From Lingula anatina (lineage: Eukaryota > Animalia > Brachiopoda), in contig CM120640.1 of the NCBI GenBank assembly GCA_051362555.1, forward strand, positions 58,630,788 to 58,694,787: a DNA stretch of 64,000 nucleotides, read 5' to 3'. The position numbers were made by a program, and so were the translations under genes. This document shows, one piece after another, positions 46,023 to 58,171 of this stretch. Positions within the stretch are counted from its first letter, which is position 1. Each line of letters begins with the position of its first letter. The notes under the pieces were generated by a model that saw nothing but the letters and a program-made list of their open reading frames with translations, was not told the DNA's origin and did not search any database.

Positions 46023-48600
46023 TATCTCCAAAACTGGCAGAGATAGGTCCATAGTTACTATTGAAGTTGAATAGGAAGTCATATACTGGCAATCTTACTA
46101 TGACCTTGAAATTGACCTTTGACCTACTTTTCACCATGAACTGAACTTTGCAAATTTTTCTTCCCTTTTATCTCCAAAACTGGCAGAGATAGGTCCATAG
46201 TTACTATTGAACTTGAATAGGAAGTCATATACTGGCAATCTAAATGTGACCTTGAAATTGACCTTTGACCTACTTTTCACCATGAACTGAACTTTGCAAA
46301 CTTTTCTGCCCTTTTATCGCCAAAACTGGCAGAGATAGGTCCATAGTTACTATTGAACTTGAAAAGGAAGTCATATACTGGCAATCTAAATGTGACCTTA
46401 AAATTGACCTTTGACCTACTTTTCACCATGAACTGAACTTTGCAAATTTTTCTTCCCTTTTATCTCCAAAACTGGCAGAGATAGGTCCATAGTTACTATT
46501 GAAGTTGAATAGGAAGTCATATACTGGCAATCTAAATAAGACCTTAAAATTGACCTTTGACCTACTTTACACCATGAACTGAATTTTGCAAATTTTGCTT
46601 TCCTTTTATCTCCAAAACTGGCTGAGATAGGTCCGTAGTTACTATTGAACTTGAATAGGAAGTCATATACTGGCAATCTAAATGTGACCTTAAAATTGAC
46701 CTTTGACCTACTTTACACCATAAACTGAACTTTGCAAATTTTGCTTCCCTTTTATCTCCAAAACTGGCAGAGATAGGTCCATAGTTACTATTGAACTTGA
46801 ATAGGAAGTCATATACTGGCAATCTAAATGTGACCTTGAAATTGACCTTTGACCTACTTTTCACCATGAACTGAACTTTGCAAACTTTTCTTCCCTTTTA
46901 TCTCCAAAACTGGCAGAGATAGGTCCATAGTTACTATTGAAGTTGAATAGGAAGTCATATACTGGCAATCTAAATAAGACCTTAAAATTGACCTTTGACC
47001 TACTTTACACCATGAACTGAATTTTGCAAATTTTGCTTTCCTTTTATCTCCAAAACTGGCTGAGATAGGTCCGTAGTTACTATTGAACTTGAATAGGAAG
47101 TCATATACTGGCAATCTAAATGTGACCTTAAAATTGACCTTTGACCTACTTTTCACCATGAACTGAACTTTGCAAATTTTGCTTCCCTTTTATCTCCAAA
47201 ACTGGCAGAGATAGGTCCATAGTTACTATTGAAGTTGAATAGGAAGTCATATACTGGCAATCTAAATAAGACCTTAAAATTGACCTTTGACCTACTTTAC
47301 ACCATGAACTGAATTTTGCAAATTTTGCTTTCCTTTTATCTCCAAAACTGGCAGAGATAGGTCCGTAGTTACTATTGAACTTGAATAGGAAGTCATATAC
47401 TGGCAATCTAAATGTGACCTTAAAATTGACCTTTGACCTACTTTTCACCATAAACTGAACTTTGCAAATTTTGCTTCCCTTTTATCTCCAAAACTGGCAG
47501 AGATAGGTCCATAGTTACTATTGAACTTGAATAGGAAGTCATATACTGGCAATCTAAATGTGACCTTGAAATTGACCTTTGACCTACTTTTCACCATGAA
47601 CTGAACTTTGCAAACTTTTCTGCCCTTTTATCTCCAAAACTGGCAGAGATAGGTCCATAGTTACTATTGAAGTTGAATAGGAAGTCATATACTGGCAATC
47701 TAAATAAGACCTTCAAATTGACCTTTGACCTACTTTACACCATGAACTGAATTTTGCAAATTTTGCTTTCCTTTTATCTCCAAAACTGGCTGAGATAGGT
47801 CCGTAGTTACTATTGAACTTGAATAGGAAGTCATATACTGGCAATCTAAATGTGACCTTAAAATTGACCTTTGACCTACTTTTCACCATAAACTGAACTT
47901 TGCAAATTTTGCTTCCCTTTTATCTCCAAAACTGGCAGAGATAGGTCCATAGTTACTATTGAACTTGAATAGGAAGTCATATACTGGCAATCTAAATGTG
48001 ACCTTAAAATTGACCTTTGACCTACTTTTCACCATGAACTGAACTTTGCAAACTTTTCTTCCCTTTTATCTCCAAAACTGGCAGAGATAGGTCCATAGTT
48101 ACTATTGAAGTTGAATAGGAAGTCATATACTGGCAATCTAAATAAGACCTTAAAATTGACCTTTGACCTACTTTACACCATGAACTGAATTTTGCAAATT
48201 TTGCTTTCCTTTTATCTCCAAAACTGGCTGAGATAGGTCCGTAGTTACTATTGAACTTGAATAGGAAGTCATATACTGGCAATCTAAATGTGACCTTAAA
48301 ATTGACCTTTGACCTACTTTTCACCATGAACTGAACTTTGCAAATTTTGCTTCCCTTTTATCTCCAAAACTGGCAGAGATAGGTCCATAGTTACTATTGA
48401 ACTTGAATAGGAAGTCATATACTGGCAATCTAAATGTGACCTTAAAATTGACCTTTGACCTACTTTTTATCATGAACTGAACTCTGCTAATTTCTTTCTC
48501 TTTTAACTTCAAACTTGACAGAGATAGGTCCATAGTTACTCTTGAACTTGAATAGGAAGTCATATACTGGCAATTTACTCTGACCTTGAAATTGACCCTT
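46023..48600 (+). repeat. 146-bp tandem satellite, ~18 copies, with higher-order variant pattern
   Basis: The unit starting TATCTCCAAAACTGGCAGAGATAGGTCC recurs at exact 146-bp steps (46023, 46169, ... 48359), with a diverged edge unit at ~48505. Confidence 0.97.
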
Positions 48601-49057
48601 CACCTACCTTACGAAGAACTTAAATTTGATTGTACCATATATATTTTTTGCAATAGTTAAAAAATTCTTGTTGATTGCATTTTTACAGCTTGTCAAGCAC
48701 AAAACTGGTGGCTGTGTCCCTTATTTTGTGTATGTGGGGGTCTATACGAATGCGTTTGCTCCAGCTGGTGGTACAATATTTGGAGGCGGTATCGCCTCTC
48801 TGATCCTCTAGTTGGCTTCTTTTTCTGGAAGTTTTACATTTTCAAAGTGTGAACTTAAACTGCCTGAAGCCTTATGCTTGTTACACATTTTACTTACATT
48901 GGTATTACCTGTTGAGCATAATTAAAATTTGATGTTGAATTTGCAGTTTAACATAATGTACTTTTGCATCAGAATTGACAGTAGCCTATTTTGTGCATAG
49001 TTATTTCCTGCTTTTTGTCTGTACATTTGACAGCTTTGCTGCCGTGTAATTTTTTAA

Positions 49058-50166
49058 CCCCATAGAGCCCGTCACCGCATATGTGCGGTTCAATTATCGC
49101 TTACCCCAAACGCCCAGAACCGCATATGTGCGTATCTTGGAAAGATCGGCTTCTGTACTCTTTTGTATCGTGAGTCATGAAATGATATATAGTTTAATAT
49201 CCGGGTATGTTTCTTGTCTCTCATTGCCACCATTTTTAAAGGCAATAGAAATATATATGAGCGAGAAAACTGCGATTTTCAAGACTTAGTTGGAAAAAGT
49301 AAAATCAAGATGGCGGCTCCTCGCTACGGTAGGGATCTTCGAAGGGATACTATTATTGAAATGATTGAAAACCCAGACTTTGATGAGAAGTTTTCGTGTG
49401 ACACTGACATAGACAGTGACGATGATATTCATTTATTTATGATATAAAGGACGAAATGAGCGAGAATTCAGCGATTCTCTAGACTTAGCTGGAGAAAGTA
49501 AAATCAAAATGGCGACTTCTCACTACGGAAGGGGCCTGCGAATGGATACTTGTATTGAAATGATTGAAAACTACAACACTGATAAGGTGTTTTCGAGTGA
49601 CAGTGATATAGACAGTGGCGATGATATTCCTTTATTTATTATATAAGTTTTATAGATGTTTTTGTTATAGATGGTGTTAAAATTTGACTTCTGTTCAGCC
49701 CTGGCCACGAAGTTCAGGTGAGCTGAAAAGCTGGCTCAAGTATACCTGATAGCAAAACGAGCATAACTTAGAAATTAACGAAGGTATCTTGCTGAAATTT
49801 CCTGGATTGAAAGTTACTGTAATTGACATCATCTCTGTGAATTTTCAGGCAAATGTATGGAGAAATAAAAAATTAATGTGCATAAGATAAATCAACTTTG
49901 TTTTATTTCACCCATTAACCAAATGAAAATCTAGTTTTTTAACCGGCCGTAACTCTTGGTACTGCATGTTGAATTTAAATGTAATTCAATTTTCATTTAG
50001 CTTGAAATATTGGCTTTTTAAAAATGTATACTTTGTATGGGTAATAAAGGCAAACAAATAAATTATGGCCAATTTACTGAGGTGACCCGGCTTTTCAAGG
50101 CTAGCTCACAGAATTAATTGGGCACAGCAGAACTTTATGGGTCAGCATTAACCGGATCCTATGGGG
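49058..50166 (+). mobile_element. piggyBac-like non-autonomous element
   Basis: TTAA|CCCCATAG ... CTATGGGG|TTAA. It contains a tandemly duplicated (~199 bp) acidic N-terminal remnant MAAPRYGRDLRRDTIIEMIENPDFDEKFSCDTDIDSDDDI / MATSHYGRGLRMDTCIEMIEN...SDSDIDSGDDI. Confidence 0.78.
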
Positions 50167-51511
50167 TTAATGTCCTATTTGTTTGTTCATATATTTCAAT
50201 ATAAGATAAAGAAATTAACTCAGGAAAATGAGTTAAAGTATCTTAGAATATTAAAAATATTAAATTATTATTAAATATTATTACAATATTAAAAATATTA
50301 AAAATAAAGTATATAAGAATTAAAGAAGTAATCCAAACTTTGAGAACGTAATAATTGAAAAGATTGAAGTAAAAGTTATACCTAATTACTATATAAAACA
50401 CTTGTTTGGTACAAAGAGCATGTTGTGGCAAGAGAAGAGGAAGTATGTAGAGTGAATGGGGTAGAATGACTTATGTAAGGCCCATCATATTAGAATAAAA
50501 ATGGTTTCAGCCTTTGATAGGTGATTTCTTTTAATTTGATGATAAAAAGTTTGTGGTTTAGTTTGGTTGATTCACTGTTGATCTTAAGTAATGTTGTATT
50601 TTAATTTCTAAAAAAAGAACTGGTGTAATTGTTAAGATTGCCATGTATCAAATGCCATTGAAAACACTTAGAGGACATGATATCACAGGTTTTATCCACC
50701 TTAGTGAAGCAAAAAGTTGCAATGCCTCTGTAGACCTTTGGCTGTCCGTCTCATGCTGATTTATTGGATTCTCCACAGCCACGATAAAAGATTCATTTTG
50801 TGGAGCTGTAAGATGTCTAATAAAACAATCATGGGTATTTACCATATTCATCTCTTACAAGAGTTTTCAATCACCAAGCTTTAAACAATTGAATAGAATC
50901 TTTTGATGGTATATTAGAAACTGTGGATATCATTAGGTTGTGCAGATATGTCAAACCCAGGAAATTGTTTCTGATCGATACAATTTTCCTTGGAAACACA
51001 AAACTTATTTAAACCAGATAGACAGAGCTTTTTGTTACTTCAATTTATGAGTGGCTGTACCCTTGACTAGCTATGGTCACAGAGTGAAAGATATTTACAT
51101 ATATTTTCTGGCTTTACTGTGCACATTTCTATTTTGTGAGCATGTTATGAAATGCAGGCTAGGTTTATAATTATTGGGTTGGTCTCAATGACATACCCTC
51201 CCTCCCTGGAACTCTTCTTTTGAGATCTGGGCTTGATATCTTGAAGGCATCACATGACACTAATACTATTATTGATACATTGGTGAGTACTCGGCCTCAT
51301 AATAACACGCACTGATGGAGGTCATGGTGTTACTGAATGCTTTGTAATTTTTAGCTTCAATATTGTGTAAAAAAGTGAAAAGTGTTAACTTATGATTATT
51401 ATCAATACACTACACTGATGAAATTTCTTAATTAATATGTAGGATGTTTACTTTTGAAAATTTTATGCATAATATAATAAAACATGACTTTATGAAATGA
51501 TCTTAAGTGTA

Positions 51512-53873
51512 ATTTATACAGACACTGTAAGTGTCTGTACATATTCCGATTGGTCTGTCTGTTGCCCGACACATGACATTCACTCCATAACTTCCAAACT
51601 GTATTTTTGTTTTACTTTAGATTTACTGATTGGCTTTGTTTTGTAGGCAGGTTACTTTTGAAAATCGGCATGATCTGTGTACATTTTGGTAATTATTAGT
51701 ACCACCAGCGTGTACGCTGGCGGTACTCATGGTTTTAGTCCCGACCCGTCTCGTCCGGCTCCGCCGGCTCCGTTGGCTCCGCCGGCTCCGTAAGCTCCGC
51801 CGGCTCCGCGTACTGGTGCCGGATACAAGTCACCGTTACCGCTTCTCCTCCTAGACCGCAAGGACCCCTGTCCCCATCTCTTGGATTTAGGTCACATATA
51901 ACCTCAACTTGAACCCCCAGGTTTTTTTGTCTCAGTCGGTGCATTAACCTGTGCATGACGCTCGTTGAAATGCACCCTTGTCAAAATTTTTGAAAATTCA
52001 ATGCCAATTATCTACCCAACAGAAGGAATTATGGGAAAAATTTCTACAGACGGCTTTCCAAAAGTCATATGTGTAGATTCCAAATATGCCCTTGGATTTG
52101 ACCTTTGACCTTTATTTCAAGGTCAAACAGGCCAAAATTTTCAAAAAAATGAAATTTTTTACAAAAAAAAAAATATTATTTGCGCTGTTATTCAGACACT
52201 ACACAGACTTAACCAATAATATTATTGGAAAGTGTTACCCTTTGGGTCATTTTTCATCTCCGTGAATTTGGGGTCAATCGGTGCATTTTCACGGGAGAAG
52301 CGGCCATAAGATACCGAAACTGAAAACTGTCTCTAATTCAGGAACTGTTAATGCTAGCGACCCTTTCTTTTTTGCATTTTGTAGAGCATGTAAAACCCAA
52401 AATTGCACGTGGTCTCCGTTTTTTTGTATTTCATACGGTTTTCGTGTTATGCTGTATTAAAAAGTACATTGTGGTGGCACATTATTGTAACTCAGAATTG
52501 TAACATTATATCTCCAAAACTGGCAGAGATAGGTCAATAGTTACTATTAAAGTTGAATAGGAAGTCACATACTGGCAATTTAACAGTGACCATAAAATTG
52601 ACCTTTGACCTACTTTTCACCATGAATTGAACTTTGCAAATTTTCGTTCCCTTTTATCTCCAAAACTGGCAGAGATAGGTTCATAGTTACTATTGAACTT
52701 GAATAGGAAGTCATATACTGGCAATTTACTGTGACCTTAAATTTGACCTTTGACCTACTTTTCACCATGAACTGAACTTTGCAAATTTTCATTCCCTTTT
52801 ATCTCCAAAACTGGCAGAGATAGGTCCATAGTTACTATTGAACTTAAGTAGTAAGTCATATACTGGCAATTTACTGTGACCTTAAAATTGACCTTTGACC
52901 ATCTTTTTACTATGAACTGAACTTTGCAAATTTTCTTTCTCCTTTATCTCTAAAACTGACAGAGATAGGTCCATAGTTACTATTGAACTTGAATAGGAAG
53001 TAATACACTAGCAATCTGTGACCTTGAAATTGACCTTTGACCTACTTTTTATGATGAACTGCTTTTTGCATGTTTTCAGGCCTTTAAATCTGCAAAATTG
53101 GCAAAGAAATGCCCATGGTTGCTATTGAACTTGAATAGAAATTCATATACTGTACTATGATATTGAAATTGACCTTTGACCTACTTTTTCACCATGAACT
53201 GAGCTTTGCATATTTTCTTGCCTCTCATATCTTTAAAATTAGCAGAGATGTGCCCCTTGTTGCCCCTAGGTTTTCTCTTTTGTCAGCATATATGCACCAT
53301 TGACAACACTTTTCAAGGAAAACCAATAGGCCTTTTGTCTAGAGAATACAGGAGTGATCAAGGGTAGGAAAATGCAAGTCAATTCGAAAATCTGCTTGAT
53401 TGTACCATTGTTTGTTATATTTTTTTGCATATTTTGAGAACTCTTATTGATTGCATCTTATAGAGCTTGTCAAGCACAAGACTGGTGATGGTGTCCCTTT
53501 TTGGAGGGGGGGGTCCATACGAATGCGCTTACTCCAGCTGGTGGTACAATATCCGGAGGCGGTATCGCCTCTCTGATCCTCTAGTTATTTTTTTGTGTGT
53601 GAATTTTTTTTTCACACATCAGCATTTTCAGTGGCTTTTATATCCCATGGAACTGAATCACTTGCTAGTTTTTCAGTGTCCATGTTACCTGTAGTACATA
53701 ATGTAAGAGGGTAAAGGTGATTATGCTGCTTTAAAGCATTATGAAACGGTGCATCAAAATTTGCCAAAACATTATTTGATGCACTTTTTCCTATGTAACG
53801 TCTGAACATTTGTTAGCTTTGCTGCCTTGTTTCCTGTATGATGTCTGTATATTTGCCAGTTTTGCTGTCTAGT
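51512..53873 (+). mobile_element. HINE family 2-like short copy enclosing a HINE-1 insertion
   Basis: 5' TATACAGACAC-tgtaa-GTGTCTGTACAT palindrome and 3' GTCTGTATATTTGCCAGTTTTGCTGTCTAGTT. Confidence 0.65.
51696..53586 (+). mobile_element. HINE family 1 full-length copy (~5 satellite monomers)
   Basis: Same termini as 45026-48813, about six 9-bp units, and monomers from ~52509 to ~53250. It lacks most of the Tc1/mariner passenger. Confidence 0.82.
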
Positions 53874-56227
53874 TTGTATTCAAAAGAGTATTCTGTATAC
53901 AAAGCATTCTTTACATGAAAATTCCATGCAAAAAACATAATGCAAAATTTTTGAGACATAGTTTCAGTTTTTTCTTTATATCATATATTTTTTCTTTATA
54001 TCAGAGCTTCCATGCTATGTTGGGTACTATTATGACTACTAATTAAAACTTGCCGCCATGTTTAATTACATTAAAGATACTGTAAAATGATGAATTATCA
54101 TATACCTATAGGAAATTGCGATGGGGTTGAATCGTCGCAAATGATAAGTTAAAACAAGCGATGATATTGGTATTAGCACATGGTCACAAATTGCCATGCC
54201 TTTGAGATAGGAAATAACGCCAGATTGCAATGTTAACATGCGGCCTTAAATGGCTGCTTTAATGTTTTTAAGATATCGAGCCCAGTTGCAATCATGACAG
54301 GTTTTGACCTTGGCCTTGCTTGCTCTACTCTGACATACAAAAATTGGCCCATGTTAAATGCTTGTTATTCCAAAATGAGGCTAATTGAGATAATTCCCTG
54401 GAAATGCAGTAGAAGAATTCTCTGCAGTAAAGTAATGCCATTAAAATTTTTTTAAAGAAATAAAATGCAATGTATCAGTAGTGTATGTTTTCTTATACTT
54501 ATTGACTGCTTAATGTCCTGTTGTGCTCTATAAGTTTGAAAAAGCCCTCTTAACTGTTTGCTAGACAGATAAGCAAAGACAGATTACAGAATAAACATTC
54601 AACACCTATAAGCAGTGGCCAGGTTGCTTGATGTGCAAAGACAAAGGGAATACTCCAGGATAGGGCTTTGATAGTATAAGTTGTTCAATGATTCACCTTG
54701 ATTCACTTTTCAGGGTCTCAGTTGTTATTAAACATCTGAATTTGATATTGTTGGCTTGGATGGAGGCCTGACATTTTGTCTGTCCTTTTCCATTTTCCAT
54801 TTCCCCTCTAACCAAGCAATAACAAGGATGGGTGGAGCAGTAGTTCTGTTTGAACTGGTATATTTTTGAAAGTTTTTATTAGAATTCTTGGAATAGGCTC
54901 CTCGTTGTATTTCTCTGAAATAAGTTTAAATGATGGAAACCAGCAAAAGAAAAAATGGTATATTCAGCTTTGTTCAGGAAGTACAGTGTAACTGTTTCAC
55001 AGTTTGTCACAAATTGAATGTTTGCATTCTATGCAGGTCGTTCACCCAATCTAATTATCAATAGACTGCTGTGCAGTTTCTGAAACTATGTTTCATAATC
55101 AATAAAGCCCTCTTTACAATAACCTTACATGAATATTCTCATAAACCATTTTGTTATAATTATTCAGAATGTATATAAACTTAAGGTATATAATTTTACC
55201 TATGCCTAGATTCATACAAGCACAGTCCATTTCTGTCATCCTAATACATTTTAAGCAATGTCATATTGTATTTTTGAGTCGCACCAATAATGCAATAAAA
55301 GAAAAAGACAGAAAATACTGGATTTAGCCTATCAAATCTTAATTTTCAAAGCTCAGTTTCAGGACTTACTGCCCATGAACTGTTGCATTCATTTAGCGCT
55401 CTGAATCTTGTTCTTCCCCATTGTGTTCCTATATTTGCATTATAGGAATAATCTTAAAAGTGCAGGAAGTGCACAGCGGAATACGTCAGATTTAACATTT
55501 AATTAAGAATCGGTTCTTAGTAGGTGTCTTAATTCGAAGAAACCAGACATCATGTCATGACAAGAACCTCAAGAGCCCTACAGTGACATCTTAGGAATTT
55601 CTACAAGAACGTTTTGATCTTTGAGCATCTAATTGCTGCCCAACTTGAAAAAATGGCACTAGTACTGATTACCAGATGTGTCTTCTCTTGCCACTTATTT
55701 GCAAGCTACTCTATAGAATTGCAATTTTGCATGATAACTGTTATTCCTTTTCTTTCATAGCTTTAGATTGTTTCAGATTAGCCCTGTCATTTTGTTATTG
55801 ATGCAATCAGTATGATTGGTTAGAGAGCCTATGGCAGACGGTCATTTGTAACAGGGAAGTATCAATCACAGCAGTGATTTTCCACTAGTGATCTTGACTA
55901 AGTTTAGTAATTGAATATGGTAACTGCGGATATATGCCAGAAAACCTCCTGAGATAGCAAAGGGTTCCAGCATACTAACTTGTTACGTGCCCATCAACCT
56001 CCACGCCAGTACTTTTCAACTCATTAATTCCTCTATGTTTGTGCACATTTTTTTGTTTTCACTGATATCTTGTGTATACATATATACATATGCACAACTT
56101 GGCATACAATTAGTATATAGGAATTTGAAAACAGCTAAACCAATTGGCATTATATAGCTGAACAATATGTGGCACAGGTTCAAACTAGAGATACATGAAT
56201 GTTCATTTTGGTCTGTGAAAGAAGAAC

Positions 56228-56580
56228 TTTTTTATGTACAGACAAAGTGCGTCTATACATATAGCCATCATCTGTGTCTGTCATCATAGTCAGGCACTTT
56301 TTACTTTAATGCATTTTCAAGGTATGATTTCGAACTCCTAAGGACTTGAATCCCAATTAACATTTTCCAAATTTTCACCCTAACAGTGGTACAGTACCCA
56401 ATATTGGCAGTGATTGTGCTGTTAAGCATTATGTTATATTATGTTTTGCACTGGCATCTTTATTTTCTGCTTGATGTTAGTATATTTGTTAACTTTGCTG
56501 CCTTGTTCATGTATAGACAGTAGTGCCATCACCCAAGTCTGTCTGTATTGCTGGAGTTGTGGATATTTCTTGTTACTATA
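56228..56580 (+). mobile_element. Degenerate short HINE family 2 copy
   Basis: TTTTTATGTACAGACAAAGTGCGTCTATACAT start, followed by family-2 body motifs (gctgttaagcattatg, ctttgctgccttgtt). Confidence 0.55.
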
Positions 56581-57231
56581 AGAACTGGGAAGCAATGTTG
56601 CCATTTTGCTAAACATTTTTGCTAGGTTTAAATATTTTGGGAAGTTTGCACTTTTTTACCATTTTTTGTCTTTTTGTAATATTTCCAGCCATTTCTGTTA
56701 AATGTATTTCTGTTTTAGTTTTTATACTTACCTGTTTTTTGGGTACAAGTTGCTCAAAGTTTAGAAAAAAATTTAAAACATTCACCATCTACTTTGCCTA
56801 GACATTCTTTTTCTTCAAATTTCTGTCTTTTATGACTTCATTGTATATGTGCCACCTTCAGTGTCTAGTTTTTAAAAAATTACTTTACCTATGTGGACAC
56901 CGCATCCACCAAAGGGTAATTCTGTTAATAAATTGCTGTTTATATATTGGTGTTTTCTTTTGTCAGTCCTGTTTAAACTGACATAGGTTGTCTGTACATA
57001 TTTCAGTTTGAGCTGCCTTGTTTTAAAACGTGTGCTCAAGAACCTGCAATGAATGTCCTATGTTACTTAGTAATATTACTTTTAACTGCTGTGGATGTTA
57101 CTGTGGGCATGTAAGTATGATAAGGGGAATGGCAATTAGATTAGAGATGTTTTAACCATTTACTGATTTTGTGGCCAAAAGATATTTGCTGGAATTGATC
57201 CTTTTAGCAATTGAGATGCTGCTCAGTAAGA

Positions 57232-57484
57232 CTCCATTCCCATAAAGACACTATTGGTCTATGTGGATCGATCCAACTCTGTGGGGTCTCTAGCTAAGTT
57301 TAATCAGCCTAATTGAATGACAAGCTTCTTTTTGTTTCTAACATACATAAAATCACTCACTTTTCTGTATTTTACTTAATGCCAGGAGGAGGCATGTTAA
57401 TCTGTTAAGCTGCTTGCACTCAGTGAAAATACCTGCAGATTTGGTTCGATCCGCATAGACTCATGGTGGTTTTGGGAATGCACC
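57232..57484. mobile_element. Degenerate Harbinger-like MITE
   Basis: About 50-bp imperfect TIRs: cattccca..gtctatgtggatcgatccaactctg / cagatttggttcgatccgcatagac..tgggaatg. Confidence 0.5.
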
Positions 57485-58171
57485 CGATGTGGTTGTCTCT
57501 TGTTCATTTGGTTCATTGGTCTAAACTACATTTACAATGTACATATTTCTGTGCTATATCCTTCTTGAAATATCCAGCCTATAGAGAAAGACTACTTTAG
57601 CATAGATGATATTTTTTTCACCAATTGGTAATGGATGAGATATTTGATCTAATAAGATTGTCTGCCAGTGAGTAAGATCAATATTTCCTAAGCCACACAT
57701 CTTTTTTACACTCTGTATAAAACTACCAGTTGCAAGTTTGGTATTTTAGTGAGCTATAGATAATTGATCAAAAGAGGTTTTTCATAATGTAGTTTAGTAT
57801 AACATTTTCTTACATAAACATTTTTTTCCTTCAAAAAGGCTGAAAGAAATAAAAAAAGACAAAATTCTTCGAAAAAAATTATATGCAAAAACACTTTGTT
57901 ATTTTACATTCCCCAACCCTATCCTTGAAGTAAAAAAAAAGATCATTGACACATGCTGTCTGAGCTGCATTAGGAAAGGGCAGGGCACATGAAAAAAATA
58001 AGAAAAAAATATACTGCAGAGACTATAAAATTAGATTAAAGTTACAAGATAATTAACTGCATGGCTGTTGGCTTCATGTTTCGATCCCTACCAATAAAAT
58101 ATATGCCAATAGCTTGTTTTTATTTCATTTTTTCATGTCCAATTTGTTTGTTCATATATTAGATGTATTTA

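Larger units (their letters stand above)
45026..48813 (+). mobile_element. HINE family 1 (Helentron-like non-autonomous element) full-length copy with central satellite array
   Basis: TT-GTACCACCAGCG-tta-GCGCTGGCGGTAC hairpin, (CCGCCGGCT)n, conserved body, 146-bp tandem array, 3' GAGGCG-gtat-CGCCTC hairpin and CTAGTT end. No TSD beyond the T-run. Related copies are at 19962, 51696 and 58172. Confidence 0.82.
43222..49045 (+). mobile_element. HINE family 2 long copy (contains the nested HINE-1 at 45026-48813)
   Basis: 5' TTTTTATGTACAGACAC-agat-GTGTCTGTACAT palindrome, (GTCGCC)n, ~160-bp repeats (43380-43610), ~400-bp tandem duplication (43607-44410), ~345-bp duplication (44410-45010), and a 3' subterminal GTCTGTACAT plus CAGCTTTGCTG hairpin at ~49017-49043. 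Confidence 0.72.

Noticed and set aside
46416-48563. Repeated 80-101 aa ORFs ([25 protein letters not shown]...)
   Set aside because: They are by-products of translating the 146-bp satellite. The monomer length is not a multiple of three, and there is no splice or domain support.
46023-48600. CRISPR-like regular array
   Set aside because: There are no unique spacers or cas genes, the monomers are near-identical end to end, and the context is eukaryotic.
50648-50851. 67-aa minus-strand ORF as a GPCR or other gene exon
   Set aside because: No recognisable motif or splice context, and the GPCR already terminates at 62244.
54052-54246. Weak inverted repeat (gccgccatgttt / aacatgcggcc) as a MITE
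   Set aside because: The arms are too short and degenerate, and no TSD is evident.
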